This document shows, one piece after another, positions 28,959 through 38,336 of a stretch of DNA of 64,000 bases. The stretch covers positions 23,385 through 87,384 of the forward strand of contig JBAZKU010000001.1 in the NCBI GenBank assembly GCA_041650615.1. Reading direction: 5' to 3'. The translations under genes and the position numbers were made by a program. Within the stretch, counting starts at the first letter, position 1. Each line of letters begins with the position of its first letter. The notes beneath the pieces were generated by a model. That model searched no databases, was not told where the DNA came from, and saw nothing but the letters and a program-made list of their open reading frames with translations. Source of the stretch: Minisyncoccota bacterium (GTDB lineage: Bacteria > Patescibacteriota > Minisyncoccia > Phycocordibacterales > UBA9973).

Positions 28959-29639
28959 TTGTTTTTTGTTTCGTTTTTTGCTATACTATATATAATGATA
29001 ATCACTTATTTTGGTGAACAATTTTTTAAGATTGCCCAGGGGGATATGGTTCTTGCCTTCAATCCTGTCAGCAAAAGTGCCAAGTCTGACATAGGAGCGC
29101 ATTTCGGCGCGGACATAGCTTTTGTTACTACCAATTATCCTCTTTATAACGGAGTGGAACAACTTTCTCATGGCGAGCGTATGCCTTTTGTTATCAGTGG
29201 TCCTGGAGATTATGAAGTTAAGGAAGTTTTTATAAAAGGTATAATGTCCAATGCTTTGATTTCCGGTAAAAATTATATTAATACGATTTATTCATTTTCA
29301 TTGGATAATATTAATATCGCATTTTTAGGCGCATTGGGAGATCCTGAAATTTCAAAAGAAGCCCATGAAGCAATTGATAGTCCGGATATTCTTTTTATTC
29401 CGATTGGCGGAAAAAATTTATCTAAAGAAGTAAGCTTGCTTGATGCTAAAACGTCCGCCAAGCTTGCCTTGGAACTTGAACCGAAATTGATTATACCGAT
29501 GAGTTATGACGATAGTGCTTTAAAAATATTTTTGAAAGAAATTGGAGAAGACAGAGCTGAAGTGGTAGATAAATTAACCCTCAAGTTAAAAGATTTAGAT
29601 GGAAAGGAAGGGGAAGTGATTATATTAAAAGCTATTTAA
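28959..29639 (+). CDS. putative metal-dependent hydrolase (Lactamase_B_3-like fold)
   Basis: C-terminal DILFIPIGGKN...LIIPMSYDD resembles MBL-fold UPF proteins; weak. Confidence 0.3.
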   Translation: MFFVSFFAILYIMIITYFGEQFFKIAQGDMVLAFNPVSKSAKSDIGAHFGADIAFVTTNYPLYNGVEQLSHGERMPFVISGPGDYEVKEVFIKGIMSNALISGKNYINTIYSFSLDNINIAFLGALGDPEISKEAHEAIDSPDILFIPIGGKNLSKEVSLLDAKTSAKLALELEPKLIIPMSYDDSALKIFLKEIGEDRAEVVDKLTLKLKDLDGKEGEVIILKAI

Positions 29640-29655
29640 TTTTTTTTATAATTAT

Positions 29656-29898
29656 ATGAAAAAAATAATTCATCATTTAAGAAGACAGCCGGAGGAAGTT
29701 CGTAGACATGTTTTGCATATTACTATATTTGTAGTAGCCATTATTATGATAATGCTTTGGATTTTCAGTTTGGGGAGAAGTCTGTCAAATTCTGATACGC
29801 AAACAAAAATAAAACAGGACCTTCAGCCGTTTTCCATATTAAAAGATAATTTAGTCAGCGGATACAATAGTACTAAGAATACTAATTCCAGTAATTAA
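29656..29898 (+). CDS. small membrane protein, hypothetical
   Basis: 80 aa with a single TM helix. Confidence 0.3.
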   Translation: MKKIIHHLRRQPEEVRRHVLHITIFVVAIIMIMLWIFSLGRSLSNSDTQTKIKQDLQPFSILKDNLVSGYNSTKNTNSSN

Positions 29899-29974
29899 TA
29901 TATACTTGTCCTGTTATAAAATTAACTGGACAAAATTAAATCACAAAATCATTATTAAATAATTTTATAATAGG

Positions 29975-32431
29975 ATGGCAAAAAAAATTAACGAACCAAT
30001 TGAAACACGTACCGATGAAATACTGCCAGTGGATGTTGTGACAGAAATGAAAGATTCTTATTTGGCATATGCTATGTCCGTTATTACTGCGCGTGCCTTA
30101 CCGGATGTCAGAGACGGATTGAAACCTGTGCACCGCAGAATCTTGTTTGCTATGAATGAAATGGGGCTTACTTCCACTGCGCGTTTTAGAAAATCTTCCG
30201 CAGTAGTCGGAGATGTGCTCGGGAAATATCATCCGCATGGTGACATGGCTGTATATGATTCAATGGTTGGAATGGCCCAAGAATTCTCTTTTCGTTATCC
30301 TTTAATTTTAGGACAAGGAAATTTTGGTTCTATAGACGGAGATAATGCTGCTGCAATGCGTTACACGGAAGCCAAAATGTCTAAAATTTCAAACGAACTT
30401 TTACGCGATTTAGAAAAAGAAACGGTTGATTTCCGTCCTAACTATGACCAGACCCGTAAAGAGCCTGTAGTTTTTCCATCCGCAGTACCGGCGCTTCTTT
30501 TGAATGGCACGCTTGGTATTGCTGTCGGCATGGCGACAAATATACCTCCGCACAACTTGGCTGAAGTATTAGATGCAACAAAATATTTAATTGACAATGA
30601 AGATGCAAGCACTGAAGATTTGATGCAATTTATAAAAGGCCCCGATTTTCCTACCGGGGGTATAGCTTATAACTATCAAGATATGCTTCATGCATACGGG
30701 ACAGGGAGGGGTGGAGTTGTATGTCGCGGAGAAGCGGAAATAATAGAACAGAAAGGCGGAAATTTTCAAATCGTTATCACTTCAATTCCTTATCGTGTAA
30801 ACAAATCAAATTTAATAATGGCTATTGCCGAATTGGTACAGGAGAAAAAACTTGACGGAGTAAAAGGGCTTCGAGATGAATCAACTAAAGATATCAGAAT
30901 TGTCATAGATTTAAAAAACACGGCAGTTCCGGAAAAAGTTTTAAATTATATTTATAAAAATACTCAGCTTGAATCAAATTTCAATTTCAATATTGTGGCC
31001 TTGGTGGATGGCGTACCTCAAACTCTTTCTCTTAAATCAATTCTTTCTCTGTTTATTTCACACAGAAAAGAAGTTGTGAAAAGAAGAGGAATATATGATT
31101 TGCGCAAAGCGGAAGAACGAGAACATATCCTGCTTGGTTTGAAGAAAGCGCTTGATAAAATAGATCAAGTAATTAAGATTATCCGTGGGTCCAAAGACGG
31201 ACAAATTGCCAAATTTAATTTAATAAAAGAATTTAAATTTTCAGAATTGCAAGCAGTGGCCATACTTGAAATGAAATTGCAAAAATTGGCCGGGCTTGAA
31301 AGAAAAGCGGTGGAAAACGAGCTTGAGGAAAAACAGAAATTTATCAAAGAAACAAAGGATCTTTTGGCAAGTCCTAAGAAAATACTCGGAGTCATATCCG
31401 AAGAATTGAAAGAAACTCGGGAAAAGTATGCTGATGAGCGCAGAACAAAAATAATCAAAGGCGGAAATAAAGAAATTAATGATGAAGACTTGATACCGGA
31501 CAAAGAAACGATGCTTGTTTTTTCTGCCGGCGGATATGTTAAACGCACTGACCCATCTGAATATCGTTCACAAAAACGAGGGGGAGTCGGAGTGGTTGAT
31601 CTTGAAACCAAAGAAGAGGATTTTGTAACGATGCTTGTGTCAGGATCCACTCACAGCGATCTCTTATTCTTTACTAATTTAGGTAAAGCCTATCAGATGA
31701 AAATGTATGACATCCCGGAAGGTCGTCGTGCCACTCGGGGTAAATCAATCATGAATTTTCTGGCGCTCAATAACGACGAGAAAGTCACGTCTATTTTGCC
31801 GATGTTAAAAGATTTTGATAAAAATGGGTCTTCACTTATGCTGGTAACAAAAAATGGCACGGCTAAAAAAATGTCCAGCGCCAGCTTTAAAGATGTTCGC
31901 AGAAGTGGAATTATTTCCATTCGTTTAGATAAAGGGGACCAACTAGTTTCCGCATTATTGGTTGAAAAAGGGGATGAGGTAATGGTGGCCACTGGTGGCG
32001 GACAATCTATCAGGTTTAAAGAATCCGATATAAGGGAAATGGGTAGGACGGCCGGAGGCGTACGCGGAATAAAACTCGGAAAAGGCGATGAGGTTATTAG
32101 TGTAGATGTTGTAAAAAAAGACAATAAAGATGGCGCATTTTTGACCATGAGCGCGAATGGTTTTGGCAAAAAGACTTCCTTAAAAGAATATAAAGTTCAA
32201 AAAAGAGGAGGTTCCGGCATTAAAACTGCTAAAGTAACGCCTAAAACTGGCAGGCTTATAGTCGCCAGGGTGTTGACCGGAGGCGAAGAGGAATTGATAG
32301 CTATGTCTAAGAAAGGTCAAGTCATCAGAACGGCCCTGAAAGATATTTCATCTCTGGGTAGGCAAACTCAAGGTGTGACCATTATGCGTCTCCGCGCCGG
32401 GGATAGTATCGCTTCTCTCGTTTGCGCGTAA
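29975..32431 (+). CDS. gyrA: DNA gyrase subunit A
   Basis: [25 protein letters not shown], active-site Tyr region, and C-terminal beta-pinwheel repeats. Confidence 0.95.
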   Translation: MAKKINEPIETRTDEILPVDVVTEMKDSYLAYAMSVITARALPDVRDGLKPVHRRILFAMNEMGLTSTARFRKSSAVVGDVLGKYHPHGDMAVYDSMVGMAQEFSFRYPLILGQGNFGSIDGDNAAAMRYTEAKMSKISNELLRDLEKETVDFRPNYDQTRKEPVVFPSAVPALLLNGTLGIAVGMATNIPPHNLAEVLDATKYLIDNEDASTEDLMQFIKGPDFPTGGIAYNYQDMLHAYGTGRGGVVCRGEAEIIEQKGGNFQIVITSIPYRVNKSNLIMAIAELVQEKKLDGVKGLRDESTKDIRIVIDLKNTAVPEKVLNYIYKNTQLESNFNFNIVALVDGVPQTLSLKSILSLFISHRKEVVKRRGIYDLRKAEEREHILLGLKKALDKIDQVIKIIRGSKDGQIAKFNLIKEFKFSELQAVAILEMKLQKLAGLERKAVENELEEKQKFIKETKDLLASPKKILGVISEELKETREKYADERRTKIIKGGNKEINDEDLIPDKETMLVFSAGGYVKRTDPSEYRSQKRGGVGVVDLETKEEDFVTMLVSGSTHSDLLFFTNLGKAYQMKMYDIPEGRRATRGKSIMNFLALNNDEKVTSILPMLKDFDKNGSSLMLVTKNGTAKKMSSASFKDVRRSGIISIRLDKGDQLVSALLVEKGDEVMVATGGGQSIRFKESDIREMGRTAGGVRGIKLGKGDEVISVDVVKKDNKDGAFLTMSANGFGKKTSLKEYKVQKRGGSGIKTAKVTPKTGRLIVARVLTGGEEELIAMSKKGQVIRTALKDISSLGRQTQGVTIMRLRAGDSIASLVCA

Positions 32432-32448
32432 TAAAAATAAGAAATGCT

Positions 32449-32475
32449 ATATGTCAAAGAGTACCTTCGACATAT
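32449..32475. repeat. REP-like hairpin (variant ATATGTCAAAG-AGTACC-TTCGACATAT)
   Basis: Related to the two hairpins flanking the RAYT gene. Confidence 0.5.
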
Positions 32476-32503
32476 TGGTGTATCTTAATAGTAAAAATTA
32501 TTT

Positions 32504-33001
32504 ATGAAAAAAGCTCTAATAATAATTGATATCCAAAAAGGTTTTATAAATAAATTAACAAATAAAATTCCTTCTCGAATTAGGAGTTTTATTTTAAGGA
32601 ACAGAGGAAAATATAATTTGATTATTTTTACAAAATATATGAATCGTAAAAATAGCAATTTTGTTAAAAATTTAAATTGGAAAGGATTTATGGATGATAA
32701 ACAAACTGCCATAATTGATGAACTTAAAGAATTTATAAATAATAAAAATCTTTATAAAAAATATACCTATGGCAGTTTTGTTGATAATAAATTATTAAAG
32801 TATCTTAAAAGGAATAAAATTAAACAAGTTGATTTAGCCGGTATTGATACGGAAAATTGTGTACTTACTTTTGCCAGAGACGCTTTTGATAGGGGATTTA
32901 GGGTGGTAGTTTTTAAAAATCTTTCTGCAAGTCATTCCAATATTAAACTACATAAAGCAGCCTTAAAAATAATAGAAGAAAATATAGGTAATGTAATATA
33001 A
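32504..33001 (+). CDS. isochorismatase-family cysteine hydrolase
   Basis: ALIIIDIQKGF and VDLAGIDTENCVLTFARDA (catalytic Cys) pattern of isochorismatase/nicotinamidase family. Confidence 0.65.
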   Translation: MKKALIIIDIQKGFINKLTNKIPSRIRSFILRNRGKYNLIIFTKYMNRKNSNFVKNLNWKGFMDDKQTAIIDELKEFINNKNLYKKYTYGSFVDNKLLKYLKRNKIKQVDLAGIDTENCVLTFARDAFDRGFRVVVFKNLSASHSNIKLHKAALKIIEENIGNVI

Positions 33002-33026
33002 GATGTCAAAGTGTCTCTTTGACATC
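33002..33026. repeat. REP hairpin GATGTCAAAG-TGTCT-CTTTGACATC at the 3' end of the RAYT gene
   Basis: 9-10 bp perfect stem; near-identical copy at 33642-33664. Confidence 0.7.
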
Positions 33027-33632
33027 AAAATTTAGTGTTTCTTTTATAAAGCTATTTTGATTACCAAAAACTGAAATTAGTAGTTCTTTGTTAATTATTG
33101 GCAAGTTTCTATTAGAAGAAAAATCTTGATAGCTACTCCATTTGTAATCTTCGGGAGTTTTTACCAATCTATCTTTTACAGGATTCATATGAATATAAGC
33201 CGATGTCCACATGAGTTGAGGATTATTTTCCATAAGTACTGCCTTAAAACAATCTTGAAAAGTATGTCCGGCACTATCATATTTATTATTTATGTATTTA
33301 GAATAACTGGCACATACCTTTGAAATTAATTTTGAAATTGGAATATCTCCAACTTGTTCAATCAGTAAGTGAAAGTGATTTGGCATTAAACAGAATGTAT
33401 GCAATTTAAAATTATTTTTATTTATGTTAGTAATTCTAATTCTTGAATAGGGTATAGCAATTAATTTTTCTTTATTTAATTCTTCTTCGGTAAATCCCAA
33501 ACAAAGTCCAAGTCTAAAAAGAAAAGCCCTATAATCTTGTTCGTCAAAAAATATTTTTTTCTTGTTATTACCTCTGTTATAAATATGGGCAATTGATCCG
33601 CTATTGAATTTTTTATAGTCTCTATTATTCAT
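33006..33632 (-). CDS. REP-associated tyrosine transposase (RAYT; IS200/IS605 Y1-transposase-like)
   Basis: HuH motif CLMPNHFHLLIE and C-terminal NPVKDRLVKTPEDYKWSSY typical of RAYT; flanked by REP hairpins. Confidence 0.7.
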   Translation of the reverse strand: MNNRDYKKFNSGSIAHIYNRGNNKKKIFFDEQDYRAFLFRLGLCLGFTEEELNKEKLIAIPYSRIRITNINKNNFKLHTFCLMPNHFHLLIEQVGDIPISKLISKVCASYSKYINNKYDSAGHTFQDCFKAVLMENNPQLMWTSAYIHMNPVKDRLVKTPEDYKWSSYQDFSSNRNLPIINKELLISVFGNQNSFIKETLNFDVKETL

Positions 33633-33641
33633 TATTATATT

Positions 33642-33664
33642 ATGTCAAAGTGTCTCTTTGACAG
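33642..33664. repeat. REP hairpin ATGTCAAAG-TGTCT-CTTTGACAG just upstream of the RAYT start
   Basis: Near-identical to the 33002-33026 copy. Confidence 0.7.
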
Positions 33665-33722
33665 CAAGTACTTTTGTTGATAACTATCACACAAATATTA
33701 TTTTTTAAGCTATAATATAACC

Positions 33723-34259
33723 ATGTTCACCGACCCGGTAAAAAACTTAAAAGCCTTTGATTTAAGGGAAAATATGATTGTGGCGGATTTGGGCGCTGGT
33801 TCCGGCTTTTATACTATTCCTGCGGCAGGAATAGTTTCCAGGGGAAAAGTTTATGCCATTGAAATACAAAAAGATTTTTTAACAACAATCAAAAATAAGG
33901 CGGCAGAGGCTCATCTTAATAATCTGGAATGCTTCGTAGGGGATATTGAAAAAATAGGCGGGACAAAATTAAAAGACAATATAGTAGATGCCGTAATTGC
34001 TTCCAATATACTTTTTCAAGTGGAAGACAAAGATAAATTTATAGAAGAAGCAAAAAGAATATTGAAACCCAATGGCAAACTCCTTCTTATTGATTGGTCT
34101 GATAATTCGTCCGGTATCGGAGCCAGTTTTGATAAAATTATTCCTAAAAATAAGGCGCGGGAAATGTTTGAAAAGGAAGGTTTCATATGGCAGCGGGATA
34201 TTTCCGCTGGAGACCATCATTATGGTATGATTCTAGTAAAGGGAAATGAATCCCGTTAG
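33723..34259 (+). CDS. class I SAM-dependent methyltransferase
   Basis: Motif I VADLGAGSGFYT and motif post-I/II spacing; about 178 aa. Confidence 0.7.
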   Translation: MFTDPVKNLKAFDLRENMIVADLGAGSGFYTIPAAGIVSRGKVYAIEIQKDFLTTIKNKAAEAHLNNLECFVGDIEKIGGTKLKDNIVDAVIASNILFQVEDKDKFIEEAKRILKPNGKLLLIDWSDNSSGIGASFDKIIPKNKAREMFEKEGFIWQRDISAGDHHYGMILVKGNESR

Positions 34260-34379
34260 AGATTGCATGGTTAATAAATCAGATAATATATAAAAAATGA
34301 CTTTATGTCGAAAATTTTAATAAAAAGTAATATAACTACGGGAATGCAAAGCATTTCCTATCTCTAACGAGATGAAAGG
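34247..34379 (+). repeat. start-codon-abutting bipartite inverted repeat, copy 5 (ATGAAT-CCCGTTAGAGATT ..94 nt.. ATCTCTAACGAG-ATGAAA)
   Basis: The proximal arm overlaps the TAG stop of the methyltransferase gene; the distal arm ends at the ATG of the SBP gene. Confidence 0.75.
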
Positions 34380-35667
34380 AAATTTCCAAATTATAATTTT
34401 AATCGTATTCATTGTTGCTGCTATTTTAGGTGTTTTGGTTTTTTCGGGCGCAATACCTCTTGGAAGTGATGGAGGCGATACCGGAATACAGGGCACGGTT
34501 GTTTTGTGGGGCACAATAAAAGCGGGAATTATTAACACTTTGCTTGATGACTTTAATCGTGGCAATCCCACTTTTATCGTAAAATATGTGGAAAAATCTC
34601 CGGATACTTTTGATAACGATTTATTGGAAGCACTCGCTGCTGGAGTTGGTCCGGATATGTTTTTTATAACTGATGATTTGGTATTTAAATACAGTAATAA
34701 AATTTATACTATTCCATATGCAAGTTTCCCGGTTAATACTTTTAAAAATACTTTTGTCGGCGCGGGAGAAGTTTTTTTGACTTCAAAAGGAGTTTTAGCT
34801 TTCCCGATTACTGTTGACCCTATGATGATGTATTACAACAGAACCATTCTTGATGCGAATGGTGTTGCTTACCCTCCGGCATATTGGGATGAATTTGCCA
34901 ATTTTGTTTCGCTTTTGACTAAAAAGGACAGTAGAGGCGTGATTTTAAAAAGCACAGTGGCCATGGGGCAGTTTTCAAATGTTTTACACGCCAAAGATAT
35001 ATTATCCGCTCTTTTTATGCAGGCAGGAAATTCAATTGTAGCCGAGAAAAATGGGGTTTTTATATCTACCTTAAGCCAGAGCGATGGAAAATATGACTTG
35101 GGTTCTATCTTGGAATTTTATACGAATTTTGCCGACCCATTAAACAGTCTTTATTCTTGGAATAAATCTTTTTCCGATTCGCAAAATGCTTTCAGTGCGG
35201 AAGATTTGGCATTTTATTTTGGTTATGCGAGCGAATTGGAATCCTTGGTTAATAAAAATCCAAATCAAAATTTCTTGGTTACGTCTATGCCTCAGATTAG
35301 AAATAGCAATTTAAAATTAACTTCTGCCCGTACCACAGGCGTTGCCATCTCTTCCTTCTCTAAAAACTTTAATACTGCCTTTACGGCAGCAGGTCTTTTG
35401 TCCAGCGGGGATTTTGCTTCAGAGCTTGCTGCTTCTTTAGGAATTGCTCCGGCTCGCCGAGACTTGCTTAACGCTAAGCCAACGGATGCATATTTGCCAA
35501 CCTTTTATGCTTCGGCATTTTTTGCAAAAAGCTGGCTTGATCCATCGCCCCAGAATACCGATAATATTTTCCAAGGGATGGTTGAAAAAGTGCTTTCCGG
35601 CAGTATGTCCGTGACCCAAGCTGTGAGTGATGCCAGCGCCAAGCTTGGATTATTATTGGTTAAATAA
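34372..35667 (+). CDS. extracellular solute-binding protein (ABC SBP family 1-like), membrane-anchored
   Basis: N-terminal TM anchor, about 430 aa with SBP-like composition; start codon abuts the ATCTCTAACGAG repeat arm. Confidence 0.35.
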   Translation: MKGNFQIIILIVFIVAAILGVLVFSGAIPLGSDGGDTGIQGTVVLWGTIKAGIINTLLDDFNRGNPTFIVKYVEKSPDTFDNDLLEALAAGVGPDMFFITDDLVFKYSNKIYTIPYASFPVNTFKNTFVGAGEVFLTSKGVLAFPITVDPMMMYYNRTILDANGVAYPPAYWDEFANFVSLLTKKDSRGVILKSTVAMGQFSNVLHAKDILSALFMQAGNSIVAEKNGVFISTLSQSDGKYDLGSILEFYTNFADPLNSLYSWNKSFSDSQNAFSAEDLAFYFGYASELESLVNKNPNQNFLVTSMPQIRNSNLKLTSARTTGVAISSFSKNFNTAFTAAGLLSSGDFASELAASLGIAPARRDLLNAKPTDAYLPTFYASAFFAKSWLDPSPQNTDNIFQGMVEKVLSGSMSVTQAVSDASAKLGLLLVK

Positions 35668-35671
35668 ATTT

Positions 35672-36103
35672 ATGAAAAAAACTAATTTAAAATTATTTCT
35701 GATTGCTGCCTTTGTTTTAGTTGGATTTTTTTCATTATATTTTTTTAGTACAGAAGTCTTGGCGCAAGATACTAATTTGGTTCCTTGCGGAACAATACGT
35801 GATGCGAACAATAACATAACGAACCCCTGCGGTTTTAATGACATAATGACTTTAATAAATACGGTAGTAAAATTTATTTTTATTAATTTGGCTTTACCTA
35901 TCGCTGCTATAATGTTCGCCTATGCGGGATTTGAGCTTGTAACTTCGGGAGGGGAGACTTCCAAAAGAGAAAGAGCCAAGAGAATATTTATCAATGTAGC
36001 TATTGGTCTGATTGTAGTGGCGGCCGCTTTCCTTATAGTTCAGACAGTATTAAAAATAGCAGGATATGATACAGGTAATGGGTGGAATTGGTTTGGATTT
36101 TAA
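35672..36103 (+). CDS. VirB2/TrbC-like small pilin-like protein, paralog 1
   Basis: Signal peptide then hydrophobic helix, short charged loop (SGGETSKRERAKR), hydrophobic helix; start chosen at the internal Met (MKKTNLKL). Confidence 0.4.
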   Translation: MKKTNLKLFLIAAFVLVGFFSLYFFSTEVLAQDTNLVPCGTIRDANNNITNPCGFNDIMTLINTVVKFIFINLALPIAAIMFAYAGFELVTSGGETSKRERAKRIFINVAIGLIVVAAAFLIVQTVLKIAGYDTGNGWNWFGF

Positions 36104-36129
36104 GGTTATAAAGAATATAACCCTGTAGT

Positions 36130-36165
36130 AGAATTTTGGAAAAATTTCACTACGGGGTATAATAT
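36130..36165. repeat. inverted repeat ATAACCCTGTAGT..19 nt..ACTACGGGGTATAAT upstream of pilin-like paralog 2 (contains a TATAAT -10 box)
   Basis: 13-14-bp arms related to the CCCGTTAGA motif by a G/T swap; a second copy overlaps the stop of paralog 2 (36553-36590). Confidence 0.5.
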
Positions 36166-36169
36166 AAAC

Positions 36170-36568
36170 ATGAATTACATTAAGAAAAACTTGCCCAAAA
36201 TTATTTTAGTAACTTTTATATTAGCTTTACCGATTTTATCTTTAGCCCAAAATGGTACAAATCCTCCTCCCGCAGGTAATGGTACAAATCCCCCTGCTAC
36301 AGGTAACGTAAAAATTGTTAACCCTATACATTCAGAAACATTAACCGGGTTAATTAAGACTATTCTGGAAGGAGTAATCAAAATCGGTATGCCCATTATT
36401 GTTTTAGCTATTATTTATTCTGGTTTTCTTTTTGTCAGGGCGCAAGGCAATTCGGAAAAATTAAATGAAGCTAAGCGTACCCTGCTTTACACTTTAATCG
36501 GCGCAGCGATACTCCTGGGGTCGTGGGGTATTGCCTTGCTTATAACAAATACAGTCAAAGCCCTGTAG
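36170..36568 (+). CDS. VirB2/TrbC-like small pilin-like protein, paralog 2
   Basis: Signal peptide, NGTNPP repeat, two hydrophobic helices separated by AQGNSEKLNEAKR loop. Confidence 0.4.
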   Translation: MNYIKKNLPKIILVTFILALPILSLAQNGTNPPPAGNGTNPPATGNVKIVNPIHSETLTGLIKTILEGVIKIGMPIIVLAIIYSGFLFVRAQGNSEKLNEAKRTLLYTLIGAAILLGSWGIALLITNTVKAL

Positions 36569-36633
36569 TAGAGCATAGCTCACTACCGGGTATACATTAT
36601 TAAATAATATTTGTTGATTTTAAATAAAATTTT

Positions 36634-36924
36634 ATGTTATGCACTTTAGCAGCCAATCCTAAACTTCAAGACCTTTTAAGTTATATAAGCTGTATTATTA
36701 ATGGATCGGTGATCCCTGTTATTTTCGGCTTAGCTATAGTTATGTTTATTTGGGGAGTGGTTCAATACGTTATAAATAGCGATGAGGAAGCAAAAAAAGA
36801 GAAAGGCAAGCAATTTATGATTTGGGGCATTATCGGTTTGGCGGTAATGGTAGGTATTTGGGGACTAGTCAAGATAGTAGGGTCTACCTTTGGTATTGAG
36901 TATGTTATTCCACAATTAAATTAG
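36634..36924 (+). CDS. VirB2/TrbC-like small pilin-like protein, paralog 3
   Basis: Shared core VIPVIFGLAIVMFIWGVVQYVINSDEEAKKEKGKQFMIWGIIGLAVMVGIWGLV. Confidence 0.4.
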   Translation: MLCTLAANPKLQDLLSYISCIINGSVIPVIFGLAIVMFIWGVVQYVINSDEEAKKEKGKQFMIWGIIGLAVMVGIWGLVKIVGSTFGIEYVIPQLN

Positions 36925-36931
36925 TTGGCTT

Positions 36932-36970
36932 GCCCCCACACTTATTTTCCCTTAAAATAAGTGTGGGGGC
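36932..36970. repeat. palindrome GCCCCCACACTTATTTT-CCCTT-AAAATAAGTGTGGGGGC, a member of the CCCCCACACTTATTTT family
   Basis: 17-bp perfect arms between pilin-like paralogs 3 and 4; may act as a terminator here. Confidence 0.7.
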
Positions 36971-37056
36971 TTGCATTACTTATTTTGTTTTTTGTGATAT
37001 AATATGGGTATATTATTATTAGGTCGCTTTTATTATTAATATTATTATAAGAATTT

Positions 37057-37431
37057 ATGAAGAAAAAATTAGGTGTGTTGTCGGGTGCTGTTTTAAGTTT
37101 TATGCCACTTATGGCTTTAGCGCAAAATGCGACAGGTTGTGACAGTGTACAACTTGGAACAATCCAAAGTATAATTTGTAAAATCGGTAATATTTTGGAT
37201 ACTATTATCCCGGTTCTTGTTGTTTTAGGGGTAGTCTACTTTGTTTGGGGAGTTGTTACTTATGTCATTTCCAGTGATGAAGAAGCAAAGAAAACAGGCA
37301 GAATGAGAATGATTTACGGTATTATCGGTTTGGTAGTTATTGTTGCTATGTGGGGTCTTGTCGGTATTGTCACCAGAACCTTTGATTTGACTGGTTCTGC
37401 AAATGTCAGTATTCCGACGGTTCCTTTCTAA
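37057..37431 (+). CDS. VirB2/TrbC-like small pilin-like protein, paralog 4
   Basis: Signal peptide MKKKLGVLSGAVLSFMPLMALA and core VYFVWGVVTYVISSDEEAKKTGRMRMIYGIIGLVVIVAMWGLV. Confidence 0.4.
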   Translation: MKKKLGVLSGAVLSFMPLMALAQNATGCDSVQLGTIQSIICKIGNILDTIIPVLVVLGVVYFVWGVVTYVISSDEEAKKTGRMRMIYGIIGLVVIVAMWGLVGIVTRTFDLTGSANVSIPTVPF

Positions 37432-37450
37432 AACATAAAATATGTTCACG

Positions 37451-37525
37451 GATCCCGTTAAAAATTCACAAACGGGATTGTTGTTGGGTGTTTATTAGTT
37501 AATTTCAATTTCTAACGGGATGAAT
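37451..37525 (+). repeat. start-codon-abutting bipartite inverted repeat, copy 6, with an extra internal AACGGGAT arm
   Basis: GATCCCGTTAAAAATT..AAACGGGATTG..ATTTCTAACGGG-ATG of pilin-like paralog 5; the three complementary segments allow alternative pairings. Confidence 0.7.
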
Positions 37526-37849
37526 TTACTCTTTATAAATGTAGCTTATGCAAGTGAAAGTGTTGATGCTTTCATTTCAAATGTTAATAAGCTCATCATA
37601 AACCCGCTCATCATACTGCTTTTCGGTTTGGCGGTAGTGTATTTTCTGTATGGCGTGTTTCAATTTATTTCAAATTCGGCAAATGAAGAAGCAAAAACAA
37701 AAGGAAAGAGTCATATGATTTGGGGTATTATTGGAATTGTTGTAATGATGGGGGTATTCACAATTTTGAATATGATTATGAATACTTTCAATATAGAGGG
37801 AATAAATCCTGAACAGGGGACAGTACAATTGCCTGATTATAATCAGTAA
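37520..37849 (+). CDS. VirB2/TrbC-like small pilin-like protein, paralog 5
   Basis: Core VYFLYGVFQFISNSANEEAKTKGKSHMIWGIIGIVVMMGVFTIL; start codon abuts the ATTTCTAACGGG repeat arm. Confidence 0.4.
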   Translation: MNLLFINVAYASESVDAFISNVNKLIINPLIILLFGLAVVYFLYGVFQFISNSANEEAKTKGKSHMIWGIIGIVVMMGVFTILNMIMNTFNIEGINPEQGTVQLPDYNQ

Positions 37850-37931
37850 ATCTAGTTTGAATTTAAATAAAAGGTAATAAAAAAGGCGATTCATTTGAAT
37901 CGCCTTTTGCGTTGCGTCCTTTAGCGCAACG

Positions 37932-38336
37932 TTATTGCCACCAAGAAAATATAATTGTATCCTTTCCAAAAGGATAAACAAAATAATTTTCTGCTGGCAT
38001 TTTCCACCATTCTTTTATGTGTTCAGAATTTATTCCTGGTTTTTCATTACATATAAAGAATTTTGTGTTATCAGAAGAAAGAACATATTTCGCTTCACCT
38101 CCACCCAATATTCGGGTATAGGATTTTAGTGGATTTAGATATGCCTTTATGGGTTTATCCATTGTGGCAAATCCTTGTCCGCATTTTGGAAATTCAACTA
38201 TTGTTTCGGTGGTTTCTGTTAATGAACAATAATTGATACTTATTATTAAGAATAAGATAAGTATCAATATTACTATCGCTATAAATGCCCCCTTGTTTGA
38301 CAAAATTCCTCCCTGACGAAATCCTTGCTTATGCAT
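37932..38336 (-). CDS. small membrane-anchored protein, hypothetical (co-transcribed downstream of the SPFH gene)
   Basis: 4-nt overlap with the SPFH gene; one TM helix. Confidence 0.3.
   Translation of the reverse strand: MHKQGFRQGGILSNKGAFIAIVILILILFLIISINYCSLTETTETIVEFPKCGQGFATMDKPIKAYLNPLKSYTRILGGGEAKYVLSSDNTKFFICNEKPGINSEHIKEWWKMPAENYFVYPFGKDTIIFSWWQ

Noticed and set aside
31165-32169. Long antisense ORFs (161 and 158 aa) inside gyrA, and similar antisense ORFs inside secA, clpB, infB and typA
   Set aside because: They lie antisense to strongly supported conserved genes; Ser/Pro/Phe-rich translations are typical of the reverse strand of coding DNA.
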